This document shows, in pieces, positions 47,850-53,610 of a DNA stretch of 53,610 nucleotides. Origin of the DNA: Octopus bimaculoides. Its lineage: Eukaryota. The first letter of the stretch is position 1, and each line of letters starts with the position of its first letter. The notes under the pieces were generated by a model. It was not told where the DNA came from, ran no database searches, and saw nothing but the letters and a program-made list of their open reading frames with translations. The position numbers and the translations under genes are program-made. Location: assembly GCF_001194135.2 (NCBI RefSeq), contig NC_068986.1:63303335-63356944 (forward strand). Reading direction: 5' to 3'.

Positions 47850-48992
47850 AGAGAGTGAGAGAGATCGAGATCTAATCGACATTCTAATAATATTGGAGCA
47901 AATGTTTGTCTAATTAATTTTCATGCTGAAGCAAAAACTATTTTTTTTTGTTTTGAAATGACCTTTTATTAATGGTATGAAAAATGTTTCTCCATAGATT
48001 GCCAATGGCCATTGATAACATTGTGTAGGTTAGCTTCTAAAAATATGGATTCTGCTTTATGTACATGTCTTCTAAAGAAATCAAGCTATAAAACATATCC
48101 TATAAATCAGCAAGCCAAGCTGTGCTCAACTTTCTGATATTTCAGTCTCTTTCTCAGCATTGCAGCCGTTAGAGAAGCCAGAGAAAAGCTTACAAGCAAT
48201 CTTTTGCTGTTTAATTTTTTTCAGCTAGTTTTTTACAGGGGTTTATTTTTCTGTTTTGTTGACACACAGTAAGCTTTAATCTCAACCCTTTCTATGTATG
48301 TTTCAATAGATAACAATATCCAAAATGGACATTAAATGATGATGATGATGATGAAAGAACTGATATTTTATGATTAAGTGTTAACATTATCCAGGTTATT
48401 ATTTTTTTTCCTTCATAAATTACTGATACATAGTCTATTTACTAAGCAGGGATCAGAAATGTTTAACTGAGGTCAAAATTTACCTTCCTACTACTAATCT
48501 TTCCTCCTCAATCTGAAACCAAAACTGGGCCTTGCATTAATGCTACCTGCTGAGATATCTATCAAATCATCCAAAAAAAAAAAAACTACATAATTTTTCT
48601 TACATGTATAAATTGAGAGTAGGGGGAAAATCAAAGAATAATAATTGGTTATCAAAATTGAGAGAGAGAAGAAAAATGCTAGGGAAAGCAATTGATATTA
48701 ATTATAAGAATCTCTTCATACCAAAACAGTCAATATCTGATGTCCCTAACATGAGGGAGCCTCTACACCAGCACCTAACCTACTGAAAATAGCAGCTACG
48801 ACTCTTCTTTCATATCACATTCTACTGTCTAAAATTGAAAGGTCACATTGGATAATGTATTCTGAGGTATATGATATATGAAAAACTAGCAAAAAGAGAA
48901 GTTACAGATGAAACATATTTGTTCAAAAGATCTACTTGGTCAGGACAGTCCTGGAATTGAATTATCACAAAAACAAAATCTAGTGACTCAGT

Positions 48993-49303
48993 AACATCTG
49001 GTGTCACAATAACAACATCTGGTATCAATAGCAACATCTGGTGTCACAATAACAACATCTGGTATCAATAGCAACATCTGGTGTCACAATAACATCTAAT
49101 GTCACAATCACAAAATCTGGTGTCACAATAACATCTAATGTCACAATAACAACATCTGGTTTCACAATGACCACATTTGGTGTCATGATAACAAAACCTG
49201 CTGTCACAATAACAACTACTGTTATAATAACAACACCTGGTGTCACAATAACATCTGATGTGACAATAACATGATGCCACAATAACAACATCTTGTGTCA
49301 TGT
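48993..49303. repeat. Minisatellite of 18-21 bp units (AACATCTGGTGTCACAAT[AAC])
   Basis: About 15 degenerate units, including an exact 40-bp duplication at 48993-49072. Confidence 0.9.
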
Positions 49304-49810
49304 TTAAATCATTTCTTGTAGGTATTCATACTTGAAGAATGTTTTGGTTAATATTTGTGTGAAAAAAAAATAGTGGAGTTGATGAGTTATCAGACAGTTT
49401 TCTATAAAATCAGCTAGTTCATATTCAATCACTGGCACTACATTATATCTATGCCCAGGATTCTTAACTCTCTAATAATACAGCTTATCCAGTGCAGATA
49501 GGTAGTGCATTGTAAGCAGTGACAGCATTGTCAAATTAACGAGTGTTCTGAGCTGTGGTAAGATTCTGTGGGTATAACATGGAAAGAAATGACTTTCACT
49601 AAGCTGATTTGCCTTGTACACACTAAACCAGTAGTTTTTCAACCTTCTTCAATGCCTGACTTACTTAATAAGGTACTAAATGTATTAAAACATATTATCT
49701 GCTTTTCAAAAGTTTTATAATATGCATACACACACACATATATGTATGTGTGTATGTATGCATATCTATCTATCTCTTTATGTGTGTGTGTGTGTGTGCA
49801 TGTGTATATA

Positions 49811-50694
49811 CAAGGTGGTATCAGAAAGTTCCTTGACTAGTACTGTAGCATGAAACCACATGGTTGCATGCACAACAAGAGCTAGCAGTGACCTTCATAA
49901 AGCAGTGTTTGCTTTGCAAGTTGTGAAATTTGTGTTTTTGTGATCACGTGTATGCTGTAGTCTGTGAATTTGTCATGGATGGGAACAAAGAGCCAATGTA
50001 AAATTTTGTGTTTAACTTGAGAAGTCTGCTAGAGACACTAAGCATCCTTTGGCAAGCTTACAGCGATGAGGCGATGGGTCATATGCAATGTTTCAAGTGG
50101 CACAGACTCTTCAAAAGCAGAAGAATGCCCCAGAAAGATGATGGGCAATCTGAAAGACCTACCATAAGCGTCATCCCCAGAAATGTGATATTGTGCATCA
50201 AGAATTTATCCCCCAGAGTCAAACCATCAATCAAGAGTTCTATTGCGACATTTTGAAATGTCTGAGAGAGGACATTTGGCAAAAGTGACAGGATCTGTAG
50301 AGTGTGAAAAATTGGATTCTTCACGACAGCAATGCACCCTGTCACCAAGCTCTCTTCACTCATGAGTTTCTCACCAAAAACAACAAAGTGTCACTTCCAC
50401 ACCCATCCTATTCACCAGACTTAGCACTTGCAAACTTCCATCTCTTCCCCAAAATAAAAATACAGCTCAAAGGTCGCTGATTTAACACCATTATCAAGAT
50501 CCAGAGGGAATCACAAAAGGTCCTCAACTCACAGAAAATGACTTCCAGGTTGGATTCCAAAAGTGGCAGGAATGCTGGGACTGGTGTATTACTGTGCAAG
50601 GTAACTATTTGGAAGGAGGTGTTGTTAAAACTTAAGTAAATAAGTTGTTTTTTATTAAACATACCAAGTCCAGAAACCTTTTGATACCACCTCG
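49811..50694 (+). mobile_element. Internally deleted mariner element
   Basis: TA|CAAGGTGGTATCAGAAAG ... CTTTTGATACCACCTCG|TA. Remnants CFKWHRLFK, HDSNAPCH-like box, HPSYSPDLA...HLFPKIK; 884 bp. Confidence 0.85.
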
Positions 50695-51794
50695 TATATA
50701 TGTATACATATGCATATATATGTATATATGTGTGTGTATGTGTGTTTAAATGGATATATGTATATATTATCCGCACTTTCACCATAACATATCTTTATTA
50801 TTGTCACACTGCCTTCTGCACATGTGTGCTTATAGTTGGTACTATTGTGGTCATGTGATCAAAAGTCTGAACGAGAAAAATAAAGGATGAAGCAATGAAT
50901 GGAAAAAATAAACAATACTGGACTCTATCGGAGGGAGGTAGCCGATTAGTACATTATCATATTAAAATGCAGAGAGAAATTATGCCCTAAAGTAAGATTT
51001 AGGAAATGTTATTCTGTTATGGATAGATCCAAGTTATATTTTCAAATTTACAGGTAATTGTCCGAAATAGAAAAGCAAAGAGGAAAATGAATGAATGAAA
51101 ATGTATTGAGACTTATAGATTACAATTGAAGTGGGGTAACTGTGTATTGCGTTCCCATTTTGGGGTATAGAGAGATATTCAGACACTTAAAATAAGGTTG
51201 AGGTTATTTTCAATTATAGAGAGAAACAGAAGGTATTCATGTTAGGATAGAGGTAGAGCTTAGAGAAGATAATAAACCTTATGTGGTATTATAATTGTAT
51301 AAGGTTGTGAAGTTATAAAATTGTAAACTTATAGAACTAATTACAATTACAATGTGAGTTCTGGTGGAGGTGAAGGGATAGAAATACAGGGTGTACTGTC
51401 ATATGATGTATTTGAATACACCTAGATATACAAATACTAAAAGGTATATAGATCAAGGCTCACGGATACATTTTTAAAAATAAGTTCTTAAAAATAAATG
51501 CTTAGAAATGTATGGAGTAACATCCCAAGGAAAAACTGGTGTAATTATGTATATATATATATAAAAGTAAGATGTATATTATTTACAAAGAAATTAATAT
51601 TATATATATATATTAAAGGCGGTGCTCCAGCATGGCTGCAGTCAAATGACTGAAACAAGTAAAGGAGTATATAGAGAATGTTGTCTCTCACATAAATTAG
51701 AAAAGGATGACAATGAATATACAGTGCTCAGATTAGGAAAAAATAATTTTATTATCAAAGAGGGTACTAGCACCAATAACAATTAATATTAATG

Positions 51795-52753
51795 AGAGAG
51801 CTCTTACCCCTGCTGGCGACAAAGGGACTCTCACTCAGAGTAAAAGGCAGACTGTATGACGCATGCGTACGAACAACCATGCTACATGGCAGTGAAACAT
51901 GGGCTGTAACTGCTGAGGACATACGTAAGCTCGCAAGGAATGAAGCCAGTATGCTCCGTTGGATGTGTAATGTCAATGTGAATACCCGTCAGAGTGTAAG
52001 TATCTTGAGAGAAAAGCTGAACATTAGAAGCATCAGTTGTGGCGTGCAAGAGAGACGATTGCGCTAGTATGGACATGTGGTGAGAATGGAGGAGGATNNN
52101 NNNNNNNNNNNNNNNNNNNNNNNNNNNNNNNNNNNNNNNNNNNNNNNNNNNNNNNNNNNNNNNNNNNNNNNNNNNNNNNNNNNNNNNNNNNNNNNNNNNN
52201 NNNNNNNNNNNNNNNNNNNNNNNNNNNNNNNNNNNNNNNNNNNNNNNNNNNNNNNNNNNNNNNNNNNNNNNNNNNNNNNNNNNNNNNNNNNNNNNNNNNN
52301 NNNNNNNNNNNNNNNNNNNNNNNNNNNNNNNNNNNNNNNNNNNNNNNNNNNNNNNNNNNNNNNNNNNNNNNNNNNNNNNNNNNNNNNNNNNNNNNNNNNN
52401 NNNNNNNNNNNNNNNNNNNNNNNNNNNNNNNNNNNTTTTGAGCGTGGCCGTTGCCAGGACCGCCTGACTGGCTCCTGTAGGATTTTCGAGCGAGATCGTT
52501 GCCAGTGCCCCTGGACTGGCTTGTGCGGGTGGCACATAAAAGACACCATTTCGAGCGTGGCCGTTTTCATGCGGGTGACACGTAAAAGCACCCACTACAC
52601 TCTCTGAGTGGTTGGCGTTAGGAAGGGCATCCAGCTGTAGAAACTCTGCCAAATCAGACTGGAGCCTGGTGTTGCCATCCGGTTTCACCAGTCCTCAGTC
52701 AAATCGTCCAACCCATGCTAGCATGGAAAGCGGACGTTAAACGATGATGATGA
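51795..52753 (+). mobile_element. 5'-truncated RTE-clade LINE spanning a gap
   Basis: KGLSLRVKGRLYDACVRTTMLHGSETW...RRLR*YGHVVRM; 3' UTR repeats; (GAT)n tail. Confidence 0.88.
52098..52435. other. Assembly gap (N run)
   Basis: Run of N. Confidence 1.
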
Positions 52754-53610
52754 TATTCAGAGAAAGTATGTTTAGCATTATGAAGGCAGAAACCATTTCT
52801 TTCTTTTTTAGTGTTAAGTAGAGGAAGATTGGCCTTTAATATAAATAGAATCATACTTATACACAACAAACATTTCTTGTTCTTTAAATTATATGCAGGT
52901 GCTGAGGCTAAGATTTTCTAATGGAGATCATAACTAATACCCTTATCTTTAAGGTCCTATATATAATTACTCAAACCAGTAGAATTCCTCCTATTTCTGC
53001 TCCCGAAAGTATACAGATGGTAATTCAGTCTACATTTCATATGGTTTTGGGTGGCCCACACATATACTTTATTACTCGATTGAGTACTTACTACACGTTG
53101 GTAATCTATTTCTTTTTTATTGAAATTATTACTGAAGACACTATTATTACTATTTCTACAATCACAAAGTCTATACTGTCGTGTGGGGTCTACACTGGTT
53201 CGGTTAGTGTGTATATTGGGGGTATCATTTGGTGCAATATAATTACTATTGTTATGTCTGATGCTATTATTATTATTATGTTGTTGTTTTTTTTTTCTTC
53301 TTTCTTCAAATTTTCTTCCATTTCTCGCCGAGTGTTTTCCGTACACCTAGGGCAGAGAAACTCGTTGTATGCATTCCCAGTTCACACACGCAAATTCACA
53401 GGTAAAACATGTACTTAAGAAAAAAAAAAGTTCATGAATGGATGTTGTTTTCACAGCGATAATGCTCTTCTCAGTACATGAGTCGTTCCGGTTAGCACGA
53501 TTTTTTGCACTTCCTGTAGGGATGGTAAGCCTGGTGTCATTTTCAAATAGGTTTCAGTACCTTTTTTTATCATTCCTAGAGATCCTACAATCACTGGTAT
53601 GGTAGTCGCC

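Noticed and set aside
48912-48995. Acceptor-like TACAG|ATG upstream of the minisatellite as a DNMBP exon
   Set aside because: Stop after 28 codons, no donor, no pyrimidine tract; the Thr-rich + frame also terminates.
50870-51540. Purine-rich stretch with faint CR1-like C-terminal motifs
   Set aside because: Too degenerate to call.

Overview
AT-rich, microsatellite-dense animal genomic DNA from a draft assembly (four N gaps). The SINE and LINE families look like those I recall from octopus genomes; this is an inference from memory, not a search result. The only host gene I can support is a + strand DNMBP/Tuba-like gene. Three phase-compatible coding exons (20596-20869, 22366-24186, 46655-46728; 723 codons) encode five tandem N-terminal SH3 domains, a proline-rich region and the start of a probable coiled coil. 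The DH/BAR part must lie beyond the window. Almost everything else is decayed mobile DNA: two Tc1 elements (DD34E and DD37E), two mariners, two pogo/Tigger elements, a Gypsy element with a nested Tigger, RTE, R4/Dong-like and CRE-like non-LTR fragments, piggyBac- and hAT-type MITEs, tRNA-derived SINEs, and a rearranged element holding telomere-like repeats. The most notable signals are two unrelated families of minimal type I hammerhead ribozyme motifs. One caps a long, G-U-rich hairpin (7354-7492). The other sits in a tRNA-headed, Penelope-like insertion with an inverted partial copy and a 10-bp target-site duplication (9876-10278). All calls were read by eye; no folding or database search was run.
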